Assembly (NCBI GenBank): GCA_963707985.1 | Contig: CAVPRW010000034.1 | Span: forward strand, 83,638 to 147,637 | DNA from: an uncultured Nitrospinota bacterium | GTDB lineage: Bacteria > Tectomicrobia > Entotheonellia > J063 > CAVPRW01 | Direction of reading: 5' to 3' | Length of the DNA stretch: 64,000 bases | Shown here: positions 21,456 through 33,001 of the stretch, in pieces | Numbering within the stretch: the first letter of the stretch is position 1 | Layout: each line of letters begins with the position of its first letter | Translations under genes and position numbers: made by a program | The notes under the pieces: model-generated | Database searches by the model: none | Told to the model about the DNA's origin: nothing | The model's input: only the letters and a program-made list of their open reading frames with translations

Positions 21456-22718
21456 GTTTCGTATGCCCAGTCTGGGCGCCGATATGGAAGCCGGTACCCT
21501 GGTGGAGTGGAAAGTCAAGCCTGGTGACCGGATCACGCGCGGCGACATCATCGCGGAAGTGGAGACGGATAAAGGGGTCATCGAGGTTGAAGTCTTCGAA
21601 GACGGGATCGTCGAGCAACTTCTCGTGCAACCGGAGACGCAAGTCCCGGTCGGGACGCTGCTGGCGACGATTCGCTCCGTGGGCGCAGCGCCGGTCGCCG
21701 CAGTGGAGACGCTGGCGGAGCCCCGCGTGCGACCCGTCGCTGAAGAGGGGCGCTCCACGATCACGTCTCCGCCCGTGACAGGGCCTGTCGCGGCTCAGGG
21801 GAAACGTCTTCGCGCCTCGCCCCTGGCACGCAAGCTGGCCGCCGAACTGGGCATCGATTTGAGCACGCTGCAGGGATCAGGGCCCGATGGCGCCATTGAG
21901 CGCATAGATGTCGAGCGTGCAGCGGCGAGAGAGGCGGTGGAGAAACCACAGCTCTATTGCCTATCCCCCCATCCCCGCTGCCACCACCCGAACCATCGGC
22001 AGCGCCATCGCCCAAAGCCCCACCTCAGGCGGTGCAAGCCGAGGTCCCCGCCTTCCAGCTGCGTATGCGCCGCGCCATCGCTGCAGCCATGGCGCGCTCC
22101 AACCGCGAGATCCCACATTACTACCTGGAAACGCGTATCGATATGAGTCGGGCACTCGGCTGGTTGGAAACGGAGAACCAGAAGCGTGCGATCAAGGACC
22201 GGCTCTTGCCCGTGGTCATGCTGATTAAAGCGGTGGCACGAGCATTGGGGGACGTGCCGGAACTCAATGGCTACTGGATCGAGGACCATCTTCAACCACA
22301 AGAGGCGATACACATCGGCTTCGCTATTTCCCTCAGACAGGGCGGGCTCGTCATACCCGCCATCCATCACGCCGACCTCAAGAGCCTGGATGAGCTCATG
22401 GAGGTGTTGCGCGACCTGATTCCCCGCGTGCGGTCGGGTCGACTGCGCAGCTCAGAGCTGACGGACGCCACGATGACGGTGACGAACCTCGGAGACCTGG
22501 GTGTTGAGGTGGTGTACGGCGTCATTTACCCGCCGCAAGTGGCACTGGTGGGTTTCGGTAAGATCACTGAGCAACCCTGGGCGGAGCATGGCATGCTTGG
22601 CATTCGCCCAATCCTGAGAACAACCCTGGCGGCGGACCATCGCGCCACCGATGGCCACCGCGGCGGCCAATTCCTCGAATCCTTGGCCCGTTACCTGCAG
22701 GAGCCAACCACGCTATGA
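21448..22718 (+). CDS. pdhC: Dihydrolipoamide acyltransferase E2, frameshifted near 21955
   Basis: Lipoyl ETDKG and E3-binding ASPLARKLA in ORF 21235-22146; catalytic DHRATDG in ORF 21957-22718. Confidence 0.88.
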
Positions 22719-22961
22719 CCGAGGCACAGATCAGAGAGGTCATCTTCAAGGTGCTGAACCGTATCGCTCCAGAAGCCGATCTCGCCGGACTTGAGCCCGA
22801 TGCAAACCTACGCGAGGCGCTAGACATCGATTCCTTCGATCACCTCAATCTACTCATCGGGCTCAACGAAGCAGCTGGGGGTGGAGATCCCGGAAGCCGA
22901 CTACGGGCAGCTCACCACCCTAACGGACATCAGCCGTTACCTGATTGCCCGCATGCACTGA
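22715..22961 (+). CDS. Acyl carrier protein, frameshifted near 22870
   Basis: LDIDSFD (Ppant Ser); after a frame change the sequence continues [16 protein letters not shown] to TGA at 22961. Confidence 0.85.
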
Positions 22962-23152
22962 CGCCCTGCTGCAGCAACAGGCTATCCAAGGACGTCTCAC
23001 GGGAGTGCTATGCTACTCCTCTCTGGGCGCTTGGGTGAACCACAGTATCGATGCTGCCGTCACGACGTTGTCGTCTCCGGTGCTATTGGCGTTGACCTAT
23101 CGCCCTGATACCGTACTGGTACCGGGGGTTGCTCATGTGGCGGCCGCCGGCA

Positions 23153-23467
23153 TTAGAGGCGGCTGCGCCACCAGTCGAGCTCCCGCTGCATGCTGCGCAG
23201 GCGCTCGGTCAAGTCGAGGATGACCGCGACCCCAGCCAGGTTCACCCCCAGATCCCGCCGCAATCGTTGGATCGCTCGTACTCGCAGGACCGCCGACGTG
23301 TCGAACAGGAGACGCGGACCATCCCGCCCCACCGGTTCGAGCAAGCCGAAGTCAACCAGGCTCTCTATCAGGTCTGGATGCAGGCGAGCCGCGTGCGCCA
23401 ACTCCTCGAGCGTCAACCGCTGCGCATCCCGCTGAGAGAGGACGATCGCCTTCCATTCGCTGTTCAT
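23153..23467 (-). CDS. cbpM: Chaperone modulator CbpM (MerR-like)
   Basis: GLLEP...[19 protein letters not shown]; directly downstream of the DnaJ/CbpA gene. Confidence 0.85.
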   Translation of the reverse strand: MNSEWKAIVLSQRDAQRLTLEELAHAARLHPDLIESLVDFGLLEPVGRDGPRLLFDTSAVLRVRAIQRLRRDLGVNLAGVAVILDLTERLRSMQRELDWWRSRL

Positions 23468-24492
23468 GGCTTACCCCCTGTGATGAGGTCGCGTGGTCTG
23501 AAGCCCGACGTGGCTGCCAGCTTCTCGAACAGCTCACGCTCGTCCGTCGTGAGCTTCGGCGGTACCATAATCTTGAGTTTGACGTACAAGTCCCCACGGC
23601 CGCCCTCCTGACGTGGGACCCCCTTACCCCGAAGTCGCAGGCGCTGGCCGCCCTGACTGCCGGGCGGGATGGTCATCTCGACTGAGCCGTTGAGCGTTGG
23701 CACCGTCACTTTAGCCCCAAGCGCCACCTCCCACGGCGCCACCGGCAGTTCGAGTTGTAAATCGTCGTCTGCGATGAAAGTGAACAGCGGGTGCGGCGAG
23801 AGGTGCAGCCGCAGGTAGAGGTCTCCAGCAGGGGCGCTTCCGGTGCCAGGTTCGCCCTGCCCCGCCAGGCGGATCACCGAACCCTCTCGCACCCCAACGG
23901 GAATGTGCACGGCAAGCGATTTCGGACGTCGAACCACCCCCGTGCCGTGGCACACGGGGCAGAGACGACGATCCTGAGTACCAGTACCGCCGCAACTGGC
24001 ACAGCGTTCCGCCGCTGAAATGGTCAGCGTGCGCGTCGCGCCGCGATAGATGTCATCGAGGGTCAGCGCCAGATCCGCCTCGACGTCGGCGCCGCGCATC
24101 GCAAATCCCGGACCGGCACGCGGGCCTCGAGATCCGCCGAAGAGAGTCTCGAAGAAGTCACTGAACCCGCCTTGACCTCGTCCCCCACCAAAGAGATCGC
24201 CGAAGTCACCAGACTCCATCCGCCCCGTCTGCCAGCCGGGAGGAGGCGTAAAGTCCGCGCCTGCCGTCCAGCTGGGCCCGAGCTCGTCATAACGCTTCCG
24301 CTTCTCAGCGTCGGATAGCACCTCATAGGCTTCATTCAGCTCTTTGAACTTGTCCTCGGCCGTCGGATCGTCGGGATTGACATCAGGATGGTACTTGCGG
24401 GCGAGTTTGCGGTAGGCTTTCTTGATCTCGTCCGCCGTCGCTGTGCGTGACACGCCAAGGATCTGATAGTAATCTTTGAACTGTACGGCCAT
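23464..24492 (-). CDS. DnaJ/CbpA-class chaperone
   Basis: [12 protein letters not shown] motif, FSDFF, two CxxCxGxG repeats, DnaJ_C. Confidence 0.93.
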   Translation of the reverse strand: MAVQFKDYYQILGVSRTATADEIKKAYRKLARKYHPDVNPDDPTAEDKFKELNEAYEVLSDAEKRKRYDELGPSWTAGADFTPPPGWQTGRMESGDFGDLFGGGRGQGGFSDFFETLFGGSRGPRAGPGFAMRGADVEADLALTLDDIYRGATRTLTISAAERCASCGGTGTQDRRLCPVCHGTGVVRRPKSLAVHIPVGVREGSVIRLAGQGEPGTGSAPAGDLYLRLHLSPHPLFTFIADDDLQLELPVAPWEVALGAKVTVPTLNGSVEMTIPPGSQGGQRLRLRGKGVPRQEGGRGDLYVKLKIMVPPKLTTDERELFEKLAATSGFRPRDLITGGKP

Positions 24493-24578
24493 CGTTGTGC
24501 TCTCACGTGGTGGGCGTGGCTGTTCACGCCATGATCGGTATCGTGTTTCCTCAGTTGGTCCGAACATCCCGCGACAAA

Positions 24579-24594
24579 AGCAAGTTGGGTGCCT
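24579..24594 (-). promoter_or_regulatory. Putative sigma-54 promoter (dnaJ/cbpM)
   Basis: AGGCACCCAACTTGCT, GG-N10-GC. Confidence 0.6.
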
Positions 24595-24818
24595 AACACA
24601 CGACTTGAAGTCGGCCCCGTTCGCCGTCTCCCCCATTATAGGGAAATGTTGCGACCGCGAGCCACAGGGTAATTCCCGATGTGTTCCAGGCCTACACGTG
24701 AAGACTGAGACAGAATGGTATCCGGCAGGGACAAACTGACCCATCGCCTTGTCTGCTCGTTGATGGCCGCCAGGCGCGTCACGTTGTCGCCCGAGATCGG
24801 AGCACCTTCATCCATAGA

Positions 24819-24834
24819 CGGCAAGGTGCTTGCA
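24819..24834 (+). promoter_or_regulatory. Putative sigma-54 promoter
   Basis: CGGCAAGGTGCTTGCA; enhancer-like AGGGACAAACTGACCCA at 24727-24743. Confidence 0.6.
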
Positions 24835-24987
24835 CACACCTGTTCAGACGGTCACTAGTAGACCACATCCACCTAAGCGCATCCTAAGGTTGGCGCCCCA
24901 CTCCGCGCCCCACAGGACCAGGGCCTCGAGGCCGCGTGGCAGCACATGCAACGTTCCGACGTTGATTTAGGGGGGGAGTATCGTCCT

Positions 24988-25440
24988 ATGGCCATCAACA
25001 AGCTTAACGTTCCCGGTCCCGTAGCACGGGCGGTGCCGGCTGAAAAGCTGGATGCGATCGCCCCCTTCACTGAGGATGCGCGCTGCTTCATGACCAACTC
25101 TGGGACAGAGGCGGTCGAGGCCGCGATCAAGCTGGCACGATACCACACCCGGCGTCCATGTTTCATTGGATTTTATGGGGCTTTCCATGGGCGCACCATG
25201 GGCGCGTTAGCGTTCACCGCCAGCAGGCGCGCCCAGCGTGCCGGATTTTCTCCCATGCTCAGCGGGGTCACCCATATCCCGTACCCTGACCCCTACCGGC
25301 CACACCTCCAGGGCCCCCAGGGCCGATCGGTGGTGCGGATTGCTCCCGCGTTGAATATCACCCGGCCGCTGGTCGAGGAAGGGCTGGCGATCTTCGAGCG
25401 GGCGCTGACCGAAGCCGAGCAGACGACTGAGCGGTGGTAG
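24988..25440 (+). pseudogene. Class III aminotransferase remnant with internal deletions
   Basis: NSGTEAVEAAIKLA and AFHGRTMG joined directly to C-terminal VRIAPAL; PLP-lysine region missing. Confidence 0.85.
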
Positions 25441-25598
25441 CGAACGTCTGGGAAGCGTCCTCCACGGATCCCTCCATGGTCGGGGCTCGAGGCGTGCCAG
25501 AGGAGGGGAGAACGAAGGCTCTCTCAGGGTGCGTGCCAGGCGCGCATAAGCCTGGCGGCTGGTCAGCCGTATTCGAGGACATAGAAAGGGGGACCAGG

Positions 25599-26024
25599 AT
25601 GAAGCGATGGGCGATGTGGTTGGGACTGGCGGTCCTGGTGCTGGTGATCGCCATTCAGTTTGTCCCTGTGGAGACCACTAATCCTCCGGTGGAGGGCGAC
25701 ATCCCGACCGTGCCCGCAGTGAAAACTGTCCTCCGGCATGCCTGCTATGATTGCCACTCCAATGAAACAGTGTGGCCCTGGTATAGTCGCATCGCCCCTC
25801 TCTCCTGGCTGGTCACACGCGCTGTACGCGAGGGGCGGGCCGAGCTCAACTTCTCCACGTGGAATCGGTACAGCACGCAAGAGCAGGTGAAGAAACTACA
25901 AGAGAGTTGGGTGTACGGGACGGAAGGCCAAATGCCCCCTTGGTTCTATCTTCCAGTGCATCGTGATGCGCGTCTTTCGGCTGAAGACCGTGCGCTTCTC
26001 CGGCAGTGGGCCTTGCAGCGGTGA
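25599..26024 (+). CDS. Heme-binding domain protein (Haem_bd-like cytochrome c)
   Basis: N-terminal TM helix, CYDCHSNET, WPWY, LNFS, MPP motifs. Confidence 0.88.
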   Translation: MKRWAMWLGLAVLVLVIAIQFVPVETTNPPVEGDIPTVPAVKTVLRHACYDCHSNETVWPWYSRIAPLSWLVTRAVREGRAELNFSTWNRYSTQEQVKKLQESWVYGTEGQMPPWFYLPVHRDARLSAEDRALLRQWALQR

Positions 26025-26044
26025 GCGAGCCGTCGGGTACAGGC

Positions 26045-26370
26045 ATTTGGGGAATAGGCGATCCTGGTAGGCCAGCCTGGCTCGGAGGCGATCGTCTTCA
26101 CTCCCTGCAGCTTGCGGTGCGCGTTCTGCCAGCACTGGGAGACCAGCCATTTCAGACTGAGCACTGAGATCTCCCACCACTGCCCAAGGAGCTCGGCAGC
26201 GGCAGTGATGAGCTTTACGGGCGGCTTGACCCGCACCGCACGGAGCGTGACCAACGGCTTCATCGGTACGGAGGCGCTGCGGCACATCTCGACGGTGTTG
26301 GATGCCGCCAACGTGGATTTGAAGTTTTTCAAGGAGAAGTGCTACCGACGCATCTCCGGGGCGCGGCCCC
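26045..26370 (+). pseudogene. Radical SAM (PFL-activase/AmmeMemoRadiSam-like) remnant
   Basis: CSLRCAFCQ (CxxxCxxC) and TNGF...DAANVDLK; stop codons and deletions. Confidence 0.7.
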
Positions 26371-26651
26371 ACACCCGTCGTGACCCTGCGGCATGCCCGG
26401 GAGATAGGCTTCGAGGCGGGATTGCGGTATATCTACAAGGGGAATGTGCACGGTGACGGCGGGGAGCCTACCTATTGTTACGCCTGCCAGGCTCTGCTGA
26501 TTCGGCGCTAAGACTTCTTCTTATTAAGCAGCCGGATTCGGCAGGGGACATGTCCCGATTGCGGGGCGTTGATCGATGGCGTTGAGATCGCCAGCACCGA
26601 GAGAATAGGTATGACCGCTCTGCTGGAGGTGGCTCCAGAGGTGGCAGGTAA

Positions 26652-27083
26652 TCAATCCCCTCCTCGATGCTCTGACACCCACATCCTCGGTTTCGGCTCC
26701 TTCCCTGTGGGGGGCTGTTCCTCAACGGCTACGGCCGATGGCTCCTCATGGCGTCTGGCACAATTCGCGCACAAGCGCGTTGCGGGCAGCGCCCCTAACC
26801 GACCGATGGTGATCGCTTGGCCGCAGTCTTCGCACGTCCCATAGGTCGCATCGGCGACGCGTTGCAGCGCGGCATCAATCTCCTGAAACGCGTGAATCTG
26901 CCGGTCGTCAAGCCGAGCCAGCAGGCTGGCCATACGCTCCTCTTGGGCTCGCGACGCCAGTTCGGTGTCGCGATCTCCGGCGATCAATCGCAGCTCCGTT
27001 TCTGTCTCCGCTACTTCCTTCAGCACTTCCGTGCGCTGCCGGTGGAGTGTCTGCACAAGTACCTCACGTTCTGTCTCGTTCAT
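26652..27083 (-). CDS. TraR/DksA C4-type zinc finger protein
   Basis: IDAALQR...YGTCEDCG...RLGALP...CANCA. Confidence 0.88.
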   Translation of the reverse strand: MNETEREVLVQTLHRQRTEVLKEVAETETELRLIAGDRDTELASRAQEERMASLLARLDDRQIHAFQEIDAALQRVADATYGTCEDCGQAITIGRLGALPATRLCANCARRHEEPSAVAVEEQPPTGKEPKPRMWVSEHRGGD

Positions 27084-27183
27084 GGTAGGCCTCCTGCTCT
27101 ATTGAGCTTTCTCACCATGCATTCCCCCACTTATCCTCACCTGCGCGGGCCAGGGCATCGACCTGCTCCGGCTCGCTTGACCA

Positions 27184-28152
27184 TCATTGGCGGAGCGCGA
27201 AGCGGGCGCGGTCCCGCAGAATCCGCTCCGGGTCTCCCCAATCGCTCCAATACACCCCTTGTACTCGAAGCACGCCGAGGCGATGGGGGCAGCGCGCCAG
27301 GATTGCCTGCGAGAAGTTGACGGTGGGGAGCTTCGCATAGGCCGTGCGCATGGCTTCAGCCTCTCGTGGTGACCCCAAGGCCTGCGCGATGGGTTCGAAG
27401 GCATCCATCAGTTCAGGTGTCAGCTCTTGGAAGAGTTTGAGCAGCACCGTGACCTGAGCGACGAGCACCATGGTGTTCCACAGGTATCCCTGTAGATACA
27501 GATCGGCAACCTTTTCGAGGGTTGGCTTCTCCCAGAACTGGCGCACCTGATAAACAGTCGCGCCCTCCTTGTGCCAAAGCATCTCCCCTGGTTCAATCCA
27601 GCCGTACTCGACCTCTGGCTCAGTCGGCTCCACCCCAAGGAGGACAGGGCAATCGGGACGCTCACTGACGCAGGCAGCGGCATGCTTGACGGCCGCCATG
27701 AAGCGCTGCTCCTCCCAGACGAAATGGTCTGAGGGGAAGAGGACAACCACGGCCTCGGGGTCGCGTCGGTGGGCGTGGAGGAGCGGCAGCAGGATACCGG
27801 GGCCAGTCTCGCGATTGCAAGGCTGGACGATCAGCATCTCCAGCGAGCGATCGTGCAGCTCCTCCTGGGCATAGCGCAGGTGTGGGTCTGTGATGATGAC
27901 GAAGAGACGGGTCGGCGGGATGAGCCGTTCTGCGCGTCGCAGCGTGTGGTACAGCATCGAGCGGTGATTAATGAGGGCGCAGTATTGCTTGGGGCGGTCG
28001 ACGCCGAAGGAGGCGCGGATAAAGGGCTGCAGCCGCCGGCCCTCGCCACCGGCCAAGATAATACCCCACAGGTGCCTTCGGGAGGGGCGGCACTCCTCCC
28101 GCCTTTTCAATGCCTCACGGCCTACTATAGCACTCAGTGTGGTTCGCTCCAT
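27184..28152 (-). CDS. Sugar-phosphate nucleotidyltransferase (mannose-1-P guanylyltransferase-like)
   Basis: IILAGGEGRRL, PKQY, NRETG, FPSDH, EYGWI, FWEKP, WSDWG. Confidence 0.9.
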   Translation of the reverse strand: MERTTLSAIVGREALKRREECRPSRRHLWGIILAGGEGRRLQPFIRASFGVDRPKQYCALINHRSMLYHTLRRAERLIPPTRLFVIITDPHLRYAQEELHDRSLEMLIVQPCNRETGPGILLPLLHAHRRDPEAVVVLFPSDHFVWEEQRFMAAVKHAAACVSERPDCPVLLGVEPTEPEVEYGWIEPGEMLWHKEGATVYQVRQFWEKPTLEKVADLYLQGYLWNTMVLVAQVTVLLKLFQELTPELMDAFEPIAQALGSPREAEAMRTAYAKLPTVNFSQAILARCPHRLGVLRVQGVYWSDWGDPERILRDRARFALRQ

Positions 28153-28196
28153 CAATCCTCCCTCCTGTCGTATCGCAGCGGTTGCTACCACAGCGG

Positions 28197-28212
28197 TGCA
28201 TAGCTCATGCCA
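28197..28212 (-). promoter_or_regulatory. Putative sigma-54 promoter
   Basis: TGGCATGAGCTATGCA, GG-N10-GC, ~45 bp upstream of the start. Confidence 0.6.
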
Positions 28213-28754
28213 GCGAGTTGGGAACTGTGCCCCTCTCTGTACTAATGGTCATGGCACGGTCTTGGTCCGGACCCGGAGACAATCGGGCCTGGGCCCACCA
28301 GGCGGGACGGACGTCGCCCGGATCATTGGCGATTACCCAGCAGTCAGGGCAATGGCAGCGCTTCTTGCAAGGGCAAAGCTTTCCTGAGGACGAAGCTCCC
28401 TGAGGTGTTCGAGTAGGCGGACGAGGTCTTTGGCTGACCCCTTCCACGGGGATATCACGACGTGGGCTGAGGGGTGCGCCTCAGCATGTCCCACCAGGGG
28501 CTCCTTTTGGCTGGGCACGCGGCGGCCTCGAGGCGTGGGGCACTATGACCGGCGACGGGACAGGATGTCCCATAGCGCAGCCCTCCAGCAGCGATTAGCG
28601 CGCCACGTCGCGCCATCACCTGGCCTTGGCGTCCGCCCGGGGCATCCACATAGGCCAATCCTCTGACGGCAAGGCATTTGCGCCAAGCCGTGGTGATCTG
28701 AAGAGACGGTGGTGACAGGGCTTGTCAAGGCCGACGACTAAATCGAACCCTTAC

Positions 28755-29090
28755 CCCATCCATCTGCACTGCGAGGACGGCATCGTGACGGTCGACGGCG
28801 AGGCGGAGTACATCGTCGCCAAGAAGCTTGCGCTCGAGCTCGCCGCGGCCATACCCGGTGTGGATGGCCTGGTGGGTACCGGGGAGCCGCGACGTCATCA
28901 ATGGGTTAGCGGTGGAGCCACCGCAGGAAGACAGCGACAACGAGATGACGGATGCGGTGCAGCTGGTCTTGGAAAAGGATCCCTTCGTCAGGGCGGACCA
29001 GATCCGCGTCCACACACGGGGACGCGTCATATCTCTGGAGGGGTTGGTGCCCAACACAACCATCCGGGAAATGGCGGATTACGACGCTTG
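28755..29090 (+). pseudogene. Multi-BON domain protein remnant
   Basis: DGIVTVDGE...AAIPGVDGLV and DAVQLVLEKDPFV...ISLEGLV in different frames. Confidence 0.7.
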
Positions 29091-29305
29091 GAGAGATCAT
29101 GGGGATTTTGCAGGCCCTCAACGCCCAGCAGGAGATCACCATCGTCGTGGTCACCCATGAGCCCGACATGGCGCGATACGCCAAACGGATCATCGTGTTC
29201 AAGGACGGCCAGGTAGCCGAGGATCGCTCGGTCAGGCATCGCACGATCGCACCAGGGGTGCAGTACGAGCCGGTGACCGCTGGGGAGCCGGCAGAGGTCG
29301 GGTGA
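29090..29305 (+). pseudogene. ABC transporter ATPase C-terminal remnant (MacB/LolD-like)
   Basis: EIMGILQALN...TIVVVTHEPDMARYAKRIIVFKDG. Confidence 0.75.
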
Positions 29306-29594
29306 TGGCAGTGATCGCATCTGCACCTGAAACACGGCGCCGGGCTCATCCCGCGCTGGAGCAAGCGTAGGACAATTGGGAGGACCAACCCTCTACCAGG
29401 CTGTTTCCGCCTGTCAGGGCGATTGAGTCGAGGGCAGGCCGTGCTATTCAGCGCCGCTCAATGCCCGTCGAGATGACGTGTCATGCACAGCTCCGTCGAG
29501 CCGTATTATCGAAAGGAGAGGGTGGAGACCGAAAGGTTCGAAATAAACCATGCCCGGGTTAGGTGCAGCTCCGCCAACCTGAAAGGAGAGCGAC

Positions 29595-30030
29595 ATGCGC
29601 CGAAAGAACATCATGCGCAGCGTCACGCTGCCAGGGATGATCATCACAGGGCTGTTTGTCCTGAGTCTAGTCTATGCGCAGACCCCTGGAACCGGGAAAA
29701 CGAGCTATGCTCCAGTGGATATCAAGGAAGATTTCACCACGATCATGACCCGCATGAAAGCGGCGAAAGTGGAAGTGATGAAGCGGCAGATGGGCTTGCT
29801 CAACGAGCGCTACGATTTGAGCAACCGACCGGCATCTGGGGTGACGATGTCCCGCGGCAAGCCCATTCAGGAGGGAGTGCGAGTCAAACTACCGCCCGGG
29901 GTGAGCTGGGAACAGCTGGGCGCGATGAGCCTGGAAGAAATTCGCGAGAAGGGGCTTTTCCCGAAGGGGTTCATGCCCCCCCCGCACCCCAACCATCCAG
30001 AGGGCGGCATGGTGTTTCCGCAGTTCCACA
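29595..30030 (+). pseudogene. N-terminal remnant of a secreted protein, probably cytochrome c family
   Basis: Signal peptide then ERYDLS...TMSRGKPIQEGVRVKLP...PHPNHPEGGMVFP; truncated before any heme motif. Confidence 0.55.
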
Positions 30031-30287
30031 TCGACTCCGAGATCGTCGCCCACCCGTTTGAGGAGCGCAACCCGGCCTTCATACAGCTGATCGAACAGGT
30101 CATCCGCTGAGCGCATGCCTGCGGCCGCAAGGTCGGGATCTACGGCCAGGCACTGAGCGACTATCCAGAGTTTGCGCGTTTCCTGGTACGCTGCCGCATC
30201 GATAGCATCTCCCTGAACCCGGACACCGTGCTCAAGACCACCCAGGAGATCCTAGAGGCTGAGAAGGCGTTGACAGCGGCTGGCTGA
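30030..30287 (+). pseudogene. ppsA: PEP synthase C-terminal remnant
   Basis: DSEIVAHPFEERNPA...GRKVGIYGQALSDYPEFARFL...IDSISLNPDTVLKT; in-frame stop. Confidence 0.8.
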
Positions 30288-30349
30288 TGGCCGATTGATG
30301 CGTAAGCTCGATGCCGTCTTCGGTGTGAATCTGCTCGCCGGAGCGTTCC

Positions 30350-30536
30350 AAGGCCACGACCAATTCCTCCGCTGTGTGACATGCTCACTGATCGGGACAT
30401 CGCCCTCCGGGTCGTGGAACAGGAGAAAAAACCGCACCTGACCTCTGTGGGCACGATGATGACCCCCAACCCAGTCCGCATCCACATGGACAGCACACTC
30501 CATGAGCTAACAATGCTGATGCATAGCCAGCATGGG
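30350..30536 (+). pseudogene. CBS protein remnant (paralog of 17057 gene)
   Basis: LTDRDIALRV...MTPNPVRIHMDSTLHEL. Confidence 0.7.
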
Positions 30537-30739
30537 TAGTGTGCCAGCTTTGTTGAACATCTTGGACAAATAGTTTAGGCTCCTATCTATGGCATTTCCA
30601 CCCTGTGGGCGGCGAACGGCGTCACTGAAAAACGATGTCCCATACCCAATCGATCTTCATCAGTTGCTGGCGTTGGCGATGTGGCTGGAATAGGCCAGGG
30701 CGGGATGAGGCGCTCTAGCCTGCACACGGGGCAGGCGTC

Positions 30740-30888
30740 ACCCCCAAGTCGCCGGCCCATGTCAGAGGTGGGGCGGATCGGCGGCGGCCAGGTGCCGAGG
30801 CCAGGCGAGGGGTCGCTTGCCCAAAACGGTGGGCTCTTTTTGGATGAACTCCCTGAGTTCCGCCGCCATGTCCTCGATCTTCTGAGGG
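30740..30888 (+). pseudogene. comM: comM/yifB fragment (copy A)
   Basis: [34 protein letters not shown]. Confidence 0.85.
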
Positions 30889-31039
30889 GGGTGGGCCCGC
30901 AGGCCTCGCACCCCCTCAAGCAGACAGCTCATGGGCTCACGACGCCCTATGCTGGGAGTGATTGACACCCGCGTGCGACTGACGTATACGGAGTGGCAGC
31001 ACGACTCCAAAAACGGCTTGTCTCACAAGGAGGTGGACG

Positions 31040-32688
31040 ATGGACCAACGCGTTGGCTGCAGAAGACCCTGGGAACAGGCCCGGCGTGCCGGACGCTGGG
31101 GGCTCACAGTGCTGCTGGTGGTCTTGGGACTAACCCTGGCCGCTTATGCATGCGTGGTTGCGGCTGAGCCGCCCAGCAAGGGCGGAACCATTATCTGGGC
31201 GGTGCATGAGGGCATGCCGGACTTTGACATTCATTACCAGGGCACCTATATCGCCGCGCAACCCATTGGCCCGATCTACAACGGCTTGCTGACGTTCGAC
31301 GTCTATGACAATGAGAAAATCGTGGGCGACTTGGCCGAGCGCTGGGAGATTGCCCCTGACGGCAAGCGGATCACGTTTGCCTTGCGCCAGGGCGTGAAGT
31401 TCCACGATGGGTCAGATTTCACCTGTGCCGATGCCAAATATAGCCTCGAGAAGCTCACGGATCCGAAGCGCGCCACTCCCCTCTTCGTGACCATCATGGA
31501 AGATGTCTTCGCCGGCGCCACCTGTACGGACGATTTTACCCTGGTGCTGTCCCTCAAGGAGCCCTCGGCGGTGGTGCTGAACCTACTGGCGGGGGCGCAT
31601 GCGGTGATGATGAAGGCCGGCATCGCCGAGCAGGTAGACCGCAAGGACCCCAAATTCCTGGTCGGAACCGGGCCGTTCAAATTCAAATCCTATACGCCGG
31701 GGATCGATTTTCGCGCCGAGCGCAACCCGCACTACTGGAAGCCTGGCCTGCCGCACATCGACGGGTACCAGGCCGTGGTCATGGCTGATCTCACCAAGAT
31801 CTTTGCCTCCTTTCGGGCGCGGCAACTGACCATGACGGGGATCGGCCGCCATCTGGAACCGCCCGAGGCCGACATCCTGAAAAAGGATTTCCCCGACGCA
31901 GTCGTGGCCCTCGGACCACGCGCGGGGTGGGATACGTTTGCCATGAACCTCAGCAGGCCCCCGTTCAATGATCCACGGGTGCGGAAAGCGGTGGCGCTGG
32001 CCACCGACCGGGAGAAGATGATCGAAATTGCGGCCGAGGGGTGGGGCGTGCTAGGCGGGTATATTGGTCCCCATACGCCCTATGGGCTGCCACTGGAAGA
32101 GTTGAAGCAGTATCCGCAGTTCGGCGACGATATGGCCAGGCGCCAGGCGGAGGCCAAACGGCTGTTGGCCGAAGCAGGGTATGCCCAGGGGTTGGACGTC
32201 GAGTATCGGGTGCGCCGCGGTCCCATGTACGAGCGTGGGGCGCTGTCCCGGCAAGATGATCTGAAAAAGGTGGGGATCAATCTCAAACTCACGCTGCTGG
32301 ATACGGCGGCCTTTCGCGACCGCAACGAAAAGGGGGATTTTCAGGCCTATACGGCCCTGAAGTCGGTCAACATCGACGATCCGGACATCTATTATGCGCG
32401 CTTTACGTGCGAGACCCCGGCTCAACCTGGACCAGATACTGCAACCCGGAGTTTGACAAGCTCTTTGTGGAACAGAGCCAGACGTTTGATGTCCAGAAAC
32501 GGGCCGAGATCACCCGCCAGATGGAGCGCATGCTCTTGCAGGAGGTGCCGGATGACCGTGGGTTTTACTGGAAATCGGCCATGGCGTATTGGAACCGGGT
32601 GCAGCAATGGCCCCCGATCCAGGGGACCACGGTGTACAACTTTGGCAAGTTTGAGCAGGTGTGGTGCCAGGGTGGCAAGTGTATGTGA
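31040..32688 (+). CDS. ABC transporter substrate-binding protein, family 5 (peptide/nickel), frameshifted near 32420
   Basis: GDLAERWEI, LRQGVKFHDG, VGTGPF, PFNDPRVRKA; C-terminus YCNPEFDKL in another frame. Confidence 0.88.
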
Positions 32689-33001
32689 GCGCTGATGGCG
32701 ACAGGACTGGCACGACTGCGGCGGCCCATCTACCCATGACAGGAACGGACGGCGGTCGTGCCAGGGGGCCGCGTTCTCGAGCCGCGCCGCGATGTCATCG
32801 GCGGTGAGCACCTCCGTGATGGCTGCATGCGTGGTGAGGCATCCCCCGGTCATGGTTGTGGTCACTGCATCCCTCCTTCCTCACGCCTGTGTGGCAGGCA
32901 CCAGTATCACACCGGTGGAGCGCCAGGTCCCGATGCCTGTCTGCCTGGGGTGGGCTGCTTGGGGTCCCAGCAAGAGGGACCGGGGCCTGCGGAGCGCCAC
33001 G

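Noticed and set aside
20793..21764. 323-aa minus-strand ORF
   Set aside because: Antisense to pdhB/pdhC
30535..30730. Possible IS1-like end (GGTAGTG...) truncating the CBS remnant
   Set aside because: No matching second IR or transposase sequence found to support it
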